Positions 43,075 to 52,034 of a stretch of 64,000 nt of DNA are shown here, in pieces. The notes beneath the pieces were generated by a model that saw only the letters and a list, made by a program, of their open reading frames with translations, searched no databases and was not told the DNA's origin. Within the stretch, counting starts at the first letter, position 1, and each line of letters starts with the position of its first letter. Position numbers and translations under genes: made by a program. Origin of the DNA: Verrucomicrobiota bacterium (GTDB lineage Bacteria; Verrucomicrobiota; Verrucomicrobiia; Limisphaerales; VHCN01); the NCBI GenBank assembly GCA_016871675.1, contig VHCN01000013.1, positions 1,621 through 65,620 on the forward strand. The letters are read 5' to 3'.

Positions 43075-43956
43075 TCACCGGCGCGACATCCTTTTGCGCG
43101 CGGCCTCGAGGGTTTTTCGCTCGCGCTCGGTGAGGCTGTGGATGCCCTTCGCGGAAATCTTGTCGAGGATCGGATCCACTTCGCTGCTGATGAAGTCGGG
43201 CACGAGTTCTTCCACCGGGATGTCTGCGACGTCCGGTTTCGAAGGCGCGGAGCGCTGCACGCGCCGCGTGGTCTTGCGACGGAACGAGGCGCGCAACCAC
43301 TCCCACCCGCCTTCCAGCGGCAGCGGCTGGAAGTCGCGATGCCAGCCGAGCCGGATGAACAGCCATCCGCCAAGGATGCCGCCGAGGTGCGCCGCGTGGG
43401 CGACGTGGTCCGCGGGCACCAGCGTGAAGAACACCGACATGCCGGTGTAAATCCAGAGCAACGTCATCGCGCGGACAGGAATGAGGAAGTTCCATCGCAC
43501 TTCGGTCTCGCGGTCGAGCAGCGCGAACACCGCGAAGAGCCCGCTCACGCCCGCCGAGGCGCCATACATCATCGGGGCGAAGTAGCGCGGGAACGCCAGC
43601 ATGAGCGCGCCTTGCAGCACGCCGCCCATCACGCCGGCGCCGAGGTAGACCAGCAGGTATCGTTGCGAGCCGAGGGACTGCTCGACCACCCGGCCGATGA
43701 AGAACAGCCCGAGGAGATTTCCCAACAGGTGAAGCAGGCCACCGTGCAGGAACTGAAACGTCAGCAGTTGCCACACGAAGCCGCGGCGCATCCCGTCGTG
43801 GGTCAGCGCGAGCCAGTCCTCGGCGGGAGTGCGGAGATGCACGACGTTGATGCACTGCATCGCGAAGATCACCACGAGCGAGAGCATCAGGATGGCGGAG
43901 ACGCTCCACCGCAGTCGTCCGCGCCCTTCCCTCATGTAATGCCGGTCCGCGAGCAT
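43075..43956 (-). CDS. Rhomboid-family intramembrane serine protease with C-terminal helical tail
   Basis: 293 aa. WQLLTFQFLHGGLLHLLGNLLGLFFIG, YGASAGVSGLFAVF (catalytic Ser region), HAAHLGGILGG. The tail VDPILDKISAKGIHSLTERERKTLEAARKRM resembles tails I recall on other rhomboid homologues. Confidence 0.85.
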   Translation of the reverse strand: MLADRHYMREGRGRLRWSVSAILMLSLVVIFAMQCINVVHLRTPAEDWLALTHDGMRRGFVWQLLTFQFLHGGLLHLLGNLLGLFFIGRVVEQSLGSQRYLLVYLGAGVMGGVLQGALMLAFPRYFAPMMYGASAGVSGLFAVFALLDRETEVRWNFLIPVRAMTLLWIYTGMSVFFTLVPADHVAHAAHLGGILGGWLFIRLGWHRDFQPLPLEGGWEWLRASFRRKTTRRVQRSAPSKPDVADIPVEELVPDFISSEVDPILDKISAKGIHSLTERERKTLEAARKRMSRR

Positions 43957-44071
43957 GTGGGCGCAAGCTAAGCGGAGGCCGGGGCGAATTCAACCGCAAT
44001 GCCGTCCCGCAACTTTTCCAGGGCGCGGGCGTTGATTTCCGCGTCACCCTTTGCAAATCTGCGCCGCCGCC

Positions 44072-46021
44072 ATGAACAAGCCACGCCTCCTCCTGCCTGC
44101 CCTTTGCTCCGCCGCCGCCCTCGCGCTTGCCCCGGCGCGACTCGGTGCCGCCGCGGCCGAACCCGCCGCGAAGCCGCCCGATCTCTCCGACTACAAGACC
44201 GTCGCGACCGCGATCACCACCGAGATCAAGAAAGCCAACACGAACGCCGCGCCGCAGAACACCGGTTATCTCGGCGTCAACGCGCACGCCGATCGCAGCG
44301 GCAAGGTGATCATCCTTGATGTCGGCCCGGACACGCCCGCGGCCAAGGCCGGCATCCAGCCCGGCGACCAGGTCGTGAAACTCGGCGCCACGATGATCAA
44401 GTCCGTTGACGACATGCGCGACTACCTCCAGGCCAAGCCGCCCGGCGAACCGCTGCTCGTCAACGTCAAGCGCAAGAACAAGTCCATCGAGCTCGTGGCC
44501 ACGCTCGGCGCCACGAGCCGCCCGATGAAGATGGGGGCGCAGCGTCCCATCATCGGCATCACCATGGGCACGGGCGGCGACGAGGAAGGCATCCCCATCT
44601 CGCGCGTCAGTTCCAATTCACCCGCGGAGAAAGCCGGTCTGAGATCCGGCGACGTGATCCTCAAGGTGAACGGCATTTCGCTCAGCGGAGCGTCGAGTCT
44701 CACCGACAACCTTGCCGACAAGAATCCCGGCGACACCGTCACGCTCGTTTACCGGCGCGACAACATGGAGCAGAGCGTGAAGGTGGAACTCGCCGCGGAC
44801 ACCGAGGGCAACGACCCGCGCTCGATCTTCGACCCGACCCGCACGACATGGAAGAAGGACCTGTATCGGATGGCCGTGATCCTCGTCGAGTATCCCGACG
44901 TGAAGCACAACGAGAAGATCACCACCAAGGCGTGGGCGGACTCGTTCTTCAGCACGGGGACCTACAACAAGACCAACGCGACCGGGCAGCCGACTTACGG
45001 CAGCTTGAACGACTATTACCTCGAGCTCTCCTGCGGCAAACTCCGCGTCGAGGGCAAGGTCTTCGACTGGATCGAAGTCTCCAAGAAGCGCGCCGACTAC
45101 GGGCAGACCGCGACGCAGACGGCCAAGACGCAGTTCCTCGTCGAGGCGATGGACGCGCTTGTGAAGCGCGAGGGCGCGGACGCGCTGAAGGAATTCGACG
45201 GCGCGATGTTCATCTACGCCGGCTCGCGCTTCTCGACGGCGAACCGCGGCAGCCTCTACTGGCCGCACCGCGCGAGCGTGAGCTTCAAGGGCAAGAGCTG
45301 GCCTTACTTCATCTGCCCCGAGGGCGAGGGGTCGCCCGGCGGCGGCATCGGCGGCGGGTTGGGCGGCGCGCGATTCGGTGGCGGCAGCGGCAGCAGCACG
45401 AACCGCGAGATCGCCCGCACAATGCAGAACATCAGCGTCTTCTGCCACGAGTTCGGACACATGCTCGGCCTGCCCGATCTTTACGCGCGGCCTGAGAATC
45501 CCGGCTCGGAAGGCCTCGGCAACTGGTGCGCGATGTCCAATCAGACCGGCGCGGGCCGTCCGCAGCACATGGGCGCGTGGTGCAAGGAACGCCTCGGCTG
45601 GCTCAAGCCCGCAGTCATTGACCCGACCGTGAAGCAGAAGCTCATCCTCTCCCCCATCCAGGGCACGACCAACGAGTGCTACAAGGTGCTCGTGCGGCCC
45701 GACGCCAGCGAGTATCTGCTCATCGAGAACCGGCGGAAGATCGGGTTCGACAAGGCGCTGCCCGGCGAAGGGCTGCTCATCTGGCGCATCGTCGGCTCGC
45801 GCGTCATCCTCGAGGAATCCCACGGCGTCGAGGGCCCGAGCGGTCCGCGCGTGTTCCCGACCTCGGTGCCGTTTCCGAGCAAGGCCAACGACGCCTACAC
45901 GCCGTTCACCACGCCCTCGAGCCGCTCGCAACTCGGCGGCGGATTGCCGGTCCACATCACCAACATCCGCCAGCTTCCCGACGGGCGCGTCACCTTCCAC
46001 ATCGGCTACGAATACCAGTGA
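44072..46021 (+). CDS. Secreted M6-family (immune-inhibitor-A-like) metalloprotease domain protein with two N-terminal PDZ domains
   Basis: ORF 44051..46021. ATG 44072 gives MNKPRLLLPALCSAAALALAPA. Two PDZ-like units (GYLGVN...AAKAGIQPGDQVVKLG; IIGITMG...AEKAGLRSGDVILKVNG). Zinc site CHEFGHMLGLPDLY, preceded by the Gly-rich tract GSPGGGIGGGLGGARFGGGSGSS. Confidence 0.85.
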   Translation: MNKPRLLLPALCSAAALALAPARLGAAAAEPAAKPPDLSDYKTVATAITTEIKKANTNAAPQNTGYLGVNAHADRSGKVIILDVGPDTPAAKAGIQPGDQVVKLGATMIKSVDDMRDYLQAKPPGEPLLVNVKRKNKSIELVATLGATSRPMKMGAQRPIIGITMGTGGDEEGIPISRVSSNSPAEKAGLRSGDVILKVNGISLSGASSLTDNLADKNPGDTVTLVYRRDNMEQSVKVELAADTEGNDPRSIFDPTRTTWKKDLYRMAVILVEYPDVKHNEKITTKAWADSFFSTGTYNKTNATGQPTYGSLNDYYLELSCGKLRVEGKVFDWIEVSKKRADYGQTATQTAKTQFLVEAMDALVKREGADALKEFDGAMFIYAGSRFSTANRGSLYWPHRASVSFKGKSWPYFICPEGEGSPGGGIGGGLGGARFGGGSGSSTNREIARTMQNISVFCHEFGHMLGLPDLYARPENPGSEGLGNWCAMSNQTGAGRPQHMGAWCKERLGWLKPAVIDPTVKQKLILSPIQGTTNECYKVLVRPDASEYLLIENRRKIGFDKALPGEGLLIWRIVGSRVILEESHGVEGPSGPRVFPTSVPFPSKANDAYTPFTTPSSRSQLGGGLPVHITNIRQLPDGRVTFHIGYEYQ

Positions 46022-46052
46022 GGCTCCGCCAGTCGGCGCGGCGTGGACAGCG

Positions 46053-47258
46053 TCACTGTGCCCGCGCGCCTTCCGTTGCGGCGGCGTTTCGCTCGCGCCA
46101 CGCGAAGCGGGTCGTGAACGGGTTCGGCTTCTCCTCCACCACGTCCGCGATGAGGCCGCCCATCACCGGCGCGAACTTGAACCCGTGCCCGCTGTCGCCC
46201 GCCGCGACCACAAGCCCGGGACGCGCAGGGTCGTGACCCATCCAGAAATTCCCGTCGAACGTGTCGCAATAGAGGCAGGTCTTGCTCAGCAGCACCGGCG
46301 CGTCGGCGAGCGCGGGAAACGTCCCCCGCAGGAATTCGCGGAAGCGCTCCTCCTCGCCCGGCCACACGGCGCGCGGCTCGTCAGGCTCCACGCGGCGGCC
46401 GGGACCGTGGTTTGCGACCTTGAGCGTGCCGTCCGCGAGCGCGGGGAATCCATACCAGCCCGTGCGCGAGATGTCCGCGGCCCACACGGGAAACCGCGGC
46501 GGCTGCCACGCTGCGGGATTCGCGACCTTGAAGTGGAACACCGGCTGCGCCGTCGCCCACATCACGCCGCCCAAGTGCCGCAGCAGCGTCGGCGTCCACG
46601 CGCCCGCGGCGACGAGCACGACATCCGCGCGCCATGCCTCGCCGCTGGTCGTGACGACGCCGGCGACCCGTGAGCCGTGTTCGAGCAACCGCGCGAAGCC
46701 CGCGCCCTCGCGGACGATCACGCACACTTCCTTCGCCTCCCGCGCGAGCCGCGTTACGACCCGGCCGCTCTCGACCCAGCCCGCGCGCACGCTCAGGTAG
46801 CCGTCGGGAAAGTTCTCCGAAGCCCACGCGGGGAACTGTTGCCCGAGCGCCGCTGCATCGAGCCGCCGCAGCGGGAAGCCCCGCTGCGCGAGCCGCGCGA
46901 AACTCTCATGCTCGAAGCCGCCCGGCTCCATCGCATCGCGGCGCATGAGCAGGAAACCGTCCTCGTGATACAACACTTCGCCCTGCTGCCGGTTCCACAA
47001 GTGCCAGCCCGCGAGGCTCACCTCGCCGAGCGCCGTGTAGAGGTCATCCGCGCCGTAGTCCGCGCGCACGACCTTGCTGATGTCGTTCGACGCCGCGGTC
47101 GCGCGCGGAATCGGCCCCGGGTCAAGCAGCGTCACCCGCCACCCGCGCCGCCGCAGCTCGATGGCCGCCGTCACCCCGAACATCCCGGCGCCGACGATGA
47201 TGATGGTGCGCTCGTTCAAGCCCGGAGTTTGCCAAACCGTGCCGCCGCGCGGTCCCAC
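46053..47258 (-). CDS. FAD-dependent oxidoreductase (DAO family; sarcosine-oxidase/amadoriase-like)
   Basis: 401 aa. IIIVGAGMFGVTAAIELRRRGWRVTLLD (dinucleotide fold) and AAGDSGHGFKFAPVMG near the C-terminus. An alternative TTG start at 47219 would give a TTGA stop/start overlap with the upstream kinase. Confidence 0.8.
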   Translation of the reverse strand: MGPRGGTVWQTPGLNERTIIIVGAGMFGVTAAIELRRRGWRVTLLDPGPIPRATAASNDISKVVRADYGADDLYTALGEVSLAGWHLWNRQQGEVLYHEDGFLLMRRDAMEPGGFEHESFARLAQRGFPLRRLDAAALGQQFPAWASENFPDGYLSVRAGWVESGRVVTRLAREAKEVCVIVREGAGFARLLEHGSRVAGVVTTSGEAWRADVVLVAAGAWTPTLLRHLGGVMWATAQPVFHFKVANPAAWQPPRFPVWAADISRTGWYGFPALADGTLKVANHGPGRRVEPDEPRAVWPGEEERFREFLRGTFPALADAPVLLSKTCLYCDTFDGNFWMGHDPARPGLVVAAGDSGHGFKFAPVMGGLIADVVEEKPNPFTTRFAWRERNAAATEGARAQ

Positions 47259-48712
47259 TCGGCGCGGTCGCGCGGGGCGAAGGTGCGGATGTTGGAGGAG
47301 CGCAAGGCCAGGTCGCGCCCGGCTTCGAGCGAGCAGAGCGTGCCGGTGGCGATGGCTTGCACGAGGACGTTTCCAATCGCCGTGGCCTCGGACGGACCGG
47401 CGCGCACGGGCACGCCGCAGGCGTTCGCGGTGAACTGGTTCAGCAGGTCGTTCTTGCTCCCGCCGCCGACGACGTGCAGCACGCCGACGCGCGTGCCGGT
47501 GAGCAGTTCGATCTCGCGCAGCGTGCGGCGGTAAAGCAGCGCGAGGCTCTCAAGCACGCAGCGGACATACGCGCCGAACGTGCCGGGCGCGGCCTGCCCG
47601 GTCGCGTCGCAAAACTCGGAGATCGCCGCGGGCATGTCGCTGGGCGCGAGGAAGCGCGGGTCGGCGGGATTGACAAGCGACGCGAAGGGTTTGGCCCCGG
47701 CGGCGAGCTTGGTGAGTGCGTCGTAGTCGAGTTCCTTGCCCGCGCGCGCCCACGAGCGCCGGCACTCCTGCACGAGCCAGAGGCCGCTGAGGTTCTTGAG
47801 CAGCCGCACGGAGTTGGCGAAGCCGATCTCGTTGGTGAAGTTCAGCGAGCGGCTCATGTCCGTGATGACCGGCTCGGCGACTTCCACGCCCATCAACGAC
47901 CATGTGCCGGAGCTGAGATAAGCCCAGTTCGGCGTGCCGAATCGCTGCGCGGGAGCGCCGGGTTTCGACGCGACGGGCGTGGCGGCCACGGCGGCCGCGG
48001 TGTCGTGCGAGCACGTGGCGATGACTTCGATGGGACCGAGGCCGGTTTCCTCCGCGAGCTTGGGGAGCAGGTTGCCGAGTCGCGTCCCGGCCGTGGCCAG
48101 CGGCGGCATCTTCACCGGCGCGATGCCGACGGCCTTGAGCATCGTGGGCGACCATGCGCGCGCGCGCGGTTTGTAGAGCTGCGTCGTGCTGGCCAGCGAA
48201 ACCTCGGCGCAGCCCACGCCGCTGAGCATCCAGTTGAAGGCGTCGCCGATGGGCAGCAGCTTCGCGGCGCGCGTGATGCGGATCGGCGTCTCCGCCGCGA
48301 GTTGGAACGCGGTGTTGATCGGCATGAACTGCACGCCCGTCTCGGCGAAGATCGCCTCCCATTTCATCTTCTCGAGCAGGATCTTGACGCCGGCCTGCGT
48401 GCGCGAGTCGCGGTAGTGGAAGACGGGTTCGATCATGCGGTTCCACGCGTCGAGCAGCACGTAGTCGAGCCCCCACGAATCGCAGCTCACGCTGGCGACC
48501 GGAAGCCCGCGCTCCGTGACCTTGCAGAGACCTTCCCGGACGCCGCTGAAGAGCGCGGGAATGTTCCAGTGCAGCCCCGCCTCGGTCCTCAGCGGCGTGT
48601 TGGGAAAGCGGTGGATTTCCTCGATCGACAGGCTGTTCGTGCCGACGGTGCCGAGCATCACGCGGCCGCTTTCGGCCCCGAGGTCAACGGCGATATGGCG
48701 GGTGGGAGTCAC
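47216..48712 (-). CDS. FGGY-family sugar kinase, rhamnulokinase-like
   Basis: 498 aa. IAVDLGAESGRVMLGT...IHRFPN...LHWNIPALF resembles RhaB N-termini. FGGY C-terminal region VVGGGSKNDLLNQFTANA. Confidence 0.85.
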   Translation of the reverse strand: MTPTRHIAVDLGAESGRVMLGTVGTNSLSIEEIHRFPNTPLRTEAGLHWNIPALFSGVREGLCKVTERGLPVASVSCDSWGLDYVLLDAWNRMIEPVFHYRDSRTQAGVKILLEKMKWEAIFAETGVQFMPINTAFQLAAETPIRITRAAKLLPIGDAFNWMLSGVGCAEVSLASTTQLYKPRARAWSPTMLKAVGIAPVKMPPLATAGTRLGNLLPKLAEETGLGPIEVIATCSHDTAAAVAATPVASKPGAPAQRFGTPNWAYLSSGTWSLMGVEVAEPVITDMSRSLNFTNEIGFANSVRLLKNLSGLWLVQECRRSWARAGKELDYDALTKLAAGAKPFASLVNPADPRFLAPSDMPAAISEFCDATGQAAPGTFGAYVRCVLESLALLYRRTLREIELLTGTRVGVLHVVGGGSKNDLLNQFTANACGVPVRAGPSEATAIGNVLVQAIATGTLCSLEAGRDLALRSSNIRTFAPRDRAEWDRAAARFGKLRA

Positions 48713-48846
48713 GGCGCGGCAACGTGTCGGCGCCCATTTGAAACCGAACCGCGCGCGCCGCCAAGCCGCAACTCGAATCGCAAATCTCTGTCCGCCCGCG
48801 CCGCGAATGCGTTACGGTGGGGCGTCGTCGAGATTGCCTGTCTGCC

Positions 48847-51405
48847 ATGACGCCTTGCCTTTCCCGCCCGTGCGCCGGGCGCGCCCGGCTCCGGCTTGGG
48901 ACCGCGCTGGCCGCGTGGCTCGCGTGCGCCGGCGCGGACGCCGCGACGCGCGGCGCGCCGGACTTCAACCGCGACGTGCTGCCGATCCTCTCCGACAACT
49001 GCTTCACCTGCCACGGACCCGACGAACAGACGCGCAAGGCGAAGCTGCGCCTCGACACGCGCGAGGGCGCGCTCCGCACGAAGGACCCCGTGATCATTCC
49101 GGGCAGGCCGTCGCAGAGCGAACTCATCCGGCGCGTCGCGGCGAAGGATCCGGACGACGTGATGCCGCCGCCCGAGTCCAAGCGCAAGCTGTCGGCCGCG
49201 CAAGTCGAGACGCTGCGCCGTTGGGTCGCCGACGGCGCGAAGTGGTCGGCGCACTGGGCGTGGGTCCCGCCGCAACGGCCCGCGGTTCCCGTGGTTCAAA
49301 CTTCGCGGTTCAAGGTCCAAGGCTCGAGGCTGGAAATCCGCAACCCGATCGACCACTTCATCCTCGCCCGGCTCGCGGCGGAGAAGCTCAACCCGTCGCC
49401 CGAGGCGCCGCGCGAATCGCTCCTCCGCCGCGTCACGCTCGATCTCACGGGCATTCCGCCGACCCCCGCGGAGGTGGACGCGTTCCTCGCGGACCCTTCG
49501 CCCGAAGCCTACGAGAAGGCCGTGGACCGCCTGCTCCAGTCGCCGCGCTACGGCGAGCGCATGGTGTGGGACTGGCTCGATGCCGCGCGCTACGCGGATT
49601 CCAACGGCTACCAGGGCGACGGCGAGCGCACGATGTGGCCGTGGCGCGACTGGGCGGTGCAGGCGCTGAACGACAACATGCCGTTCGACCAGTTCACCAC
49701 CTGGCAGCTCGCGGGCGACCTCCTGCCCGGCGCGACGCGCGAGCAGAAGCTCGCCACCGGCTTCAACCGCAACCACATGATCAACGGCGAGGGCGGGCGC
49801 ATCGCCGAGGAGAACCGCGTGGACTACATCTTCGACCAGCTCGAAACAACGGCGACCGTCTGGCTCGGCGTGACGATCGGCTGCTCGCGCTGCCACGATC
49901 ACAAGTTCGACCCGCTCACGATGCGCGATTACTACGGCCTGTTCGCCTTCTTCAACGGCACGCCCGTCGCCGGCGGCGGCGGCTCGGGGCAGACCGCGCC
50001 CGTGATGGACTTCGTCACGCCGGAGCAGACCGCGCGCCTCGAGCAGTTGCGGCAGGACGTCGCGCGCGTCGGCGGCGAGGTGGACGAGTTGGAACTCGCC
50101 GTGTTCCCGCGCCCCGCGGGCAAGCCCGCGTCCGACTCGCCGGTGGCGAAAGATTTCGCCGCCGAGCCGTCCGCCGCGCTCAAGCAGAAGGGCGCGGCCC
50201 GAAACCTCACCCAATTGCGCGGGCTCGCAAAGCTCTACAAGGACAAGGAGCCCGCCGCCTACTCGTCCGCGCTCGCCGCGCTCGTCAAGGCGGTGGAATC
50301 CCGCGACGACTTCAACCGCACGATCCCGCGCGTGATGGTGATGGAGGAGATGCCGAAGCCGCGCGACACGTTCCTGCTCGTGCGCGGCCTCTACAACAAG
50401 CCGACCGAGGACAAGGTCGCGCCCGCCTTCCCCGCGAGCCTCGCCGTCCGCTCCACAAATCCAGGCGCCAGGCTCTCGCGCCTCGACCTCGCCCGATGGC
50501 TCGTCGCCGCGGACCACCCGCTCACCGCGCGCGTCACCGTCAACCGCGCGTGGCAGCTCTTCTTCGGCATCGGCCTGGTCAAGACCAGCGAAGACTTCGG
50601 CGTGCAGGGCGAAAAGCCGTCCCACCCCGAACTGCTCGACTGGCTCGCGACGGAATTCGTCCGCACGGGCTGGGACGTGAAGCGCCTCCACAAACTGATC
50701 GTGATGAGCGCGGCGTATCGGCAGTCCTCGCGCGTGACGCCCGCGCTGCTCGAGCGCGACCCGGAGAACCGCCTGCTTGCGCGCGGCCCGCGCCACCGGC
50801 TGCCGTCGTGGATGCTCCGCGACCAGGCGCTCGCGCTCGGCGGGCTGCTCGTGGACAAGCCCGGCGGGCCGCCCGTGAACCCGTATCAACCCGCCGGCGT
50901 GTGGGAAGAGGCCACCTTCGGCAACAAGACCTACAAACAGGACCACGGCGAGGCGCTCTACCGCCGCAGCCTCTACGTTTTCTGGCGGCGCATCATCGGG
51001 CCGACGATGTTCTTCGACGTCGCCACGCGCCAGAACTGCACCGTCAAGTCCCCGCGCACCAACACCCCGCTCCACGCGCTCGTCACGCTCAATGACATCA
51101 CCTTCGTCGAGGCCGCGCGCGCGATGGCCCAGCGCGTGTTGAAGTCCGCGCCCACCACCGACGCGCGCATCGAGTCCGCCTTCCGCCTCGCCACCGCGCG
51201 CAAGCCCGCCGCGCCGGAGGCGAAGCTGCTCGCCTCCCGGCTGGAGAAACTCCGCGGCCCGTTCGCGGCGGACCACGCCGCCGCGCTCAAGCTGCTCAAG
51301 GTCGGCGAATCCCCGCGCGACGAATCCCTCGACCCCGCCGAGCACGCCGCGTGGACCTCCCTCTGCAGCCTGCTGCTCAACCTCGACGAAGTGATCACCA
51401 AGTAG
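48847..51405 (+). CDS. PSCyt1 + DUF1549 (PSCyt2) + DUF1553 (PSD1) domain protein
   Basis: ORF 48817..51405 begins at GTG. ATG 48847 is the likelier start. FNRDVLPILSDNCFTCHGPDEQTRKAKLRLDTREG (PSCyt1), RRVTLDLTGIPPT...RYGERMVWDWLDAARYADSNGYQGD (DUF1549), CSRCHDHKFDPLT and the C-terminal DUF1553-type region. Confidence 0.9.
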   Translation: MTPCLSRPCAGRARLRLGTALAAWLACAGADAATRGAPDFNRDVLPILSDNCFTCHGPDEQTRKAKLRLDTREGALRTKDPVIIPGRPSQSELIRRVAAKDPDDVMPPPESKRKLSAAQVETLRRWVADGAKWSAHWAWVPPQRPAVPVVQTSRFKVQGSRLEIRNPIDHFILARLAAEKLNPSPEAPRESLLRRVTLDLTGIPPTPAEVDAFLADPSPEAYEKAVDRLLQSPRYGERMVWDWLDAARYADSNGYQGDGERTMWPWRDWAVQALNDNMPFDQFTTWQLAGDLLPGATREQKLATGFNRNHMINGEGGRIAEENRVDYIFDQLETTATVWLGVTIGCSRCHDHKFDPLTMRDYYGLFAFFNGTPVAGGGGSGQTAPVMDFVTPEQTARLEQLRQDVARVGGEVDELELAVFPRPAGKPASDSPVAKDFAAEPSAALKQKGAARNLTQLRGLAKLYKDKEPAAYSSALAALVKAVESRDDFNRTIPRVMVMEEMPKPRDTFLLVRGLYNKPTEDKVAPAFPASLAVRSTNPGARLSRLDLARWLVAADHPLTARVTVNRAWQLFFGIGLVKTSEDFGVQGEKPSHPELLDWLATEFVRTGWDVKRLHKLIVMSAAYRQSSRVTPALLERDPENRLLARGPRHRLPSWMLRDQALALGGLLVDKPGGPPVNPYQPAGVWEEATFGNKTYKQDHGEALYRRSLYVFWRRIIGPTMFFDVATRQNCTVKSPRTNTPLHALVTLNDITFVEAARAMAQRVLKSAPTTDARIESAFRLATARKPAAPEAKLLASRLEKLRGPFAADHAAALKLLKVGESPRDESLDPAEHAAWTSLCSLLLNLDEVITK

Positions 51406-51527
51406 CTCGAAGGATTCCCGCGCTTGACGCCTCCGCCGCGGGCGCCGCCGTGCTCGGCGGGCGCGCTCTCGCCAAGGCCATCGCCGGCCTCGGCGCGCGC
51501 GACCTCACGCCGCAGTGAAGTCGGGGT

Positions 51528-52022
51528 TCAAGCCGGTCGAGGTTGCGCCGCGGCCTCGCGCTTGCGCAGGCCGGCCATCACGCGCGCCATCTGGAGCGCC
51601 GTGCGGGCGGCCTCGGCGCCGCGGTTGAAGGTTTTGCCGAGGCATCGCGCCCTGGCTTGCGCCTCGGTTTCGAGGAGGAGGACTTCGTGGATGACGGGGA
51701 CGCCGTGGGCGGTCTGGAGGCGGGCCAGTTCGGCCGTGACGGCTTCGCCGATGTGCTGGGCGTGGGTGGTTTCGCCGCGGAGGATGACGCCGAGGCACAC
51801 GATGGCGGACCACGTGGAGGATTGCGCGAGCGCGGCGGCGACGACGGGGATCTCGAACGCGCCGGGGACGCGCACGACGCACACGTCGCGCGCGCCGGCC
51901 TTCTGAAGCTCGGCCCGCGCGGCGCGGAGCATGGCGTCGACGTAGCGGCGGTTGTATTCGGACGCGACGATGGCGATGGGCGCGGGCGGGGCGCGGCGTG
52001 CCGGGGCGGGTTTCTTGAGCAT
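51528..52022 (-). CDS. ribH: 6,7-dimethyl-8-ribityllumazine synthase
   Basis: 164 aa. [44 protein letters not shown]. Lies 12 nt downstream of ribBA. Confidence 0.9.
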   Translation of the reverse strand: MLKKPAPARRAPPAPIAIVASEYNRRYVDAMLRAARAELQKAGARDVCVVRVPGAFEIPVVAAALAQSSTWSAIVCLGVILRGETTHAQHIGEAVTAELARLQTAHGVPVIHEVLLLETEAQARARCLGKTFNRGAEAARTALQMARVMAGLRKREAAAQPRPA

Positions 52023-52034
52023 GGGATGCCGGAT

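Noticed and set aside
41098-43971. 957-aa plus-strand ORF
   Set aside because: It runs antisense across the mnmA 3' end, the S1 protease and the rhomboid, all of which have catalytic motifs on the other strand or frame.
45328-45398. Gly-rich tract (GSPGGGIGGGLGGARFGGGSGSS) as a DNA tandem repeat
   Set aside because: It is in frame inside the M6 protease gene. At the nucleotide level it is only GGC/GGG codon-rich, not a clean tandem repeat. I treat it as a low-complexity coding linker.
48709-51345. 878-aa minus-strand ORF, and the 859-aa plus-strand ORF 48516..51095
   Set aside because: They are antisense to, or out of frame with, the PSCyt/DUF1549/DUF1553 gene, whose frame carries CxxCH and DUF1549/1553 signatures. 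The alternatives are Arg/Pro-rich.
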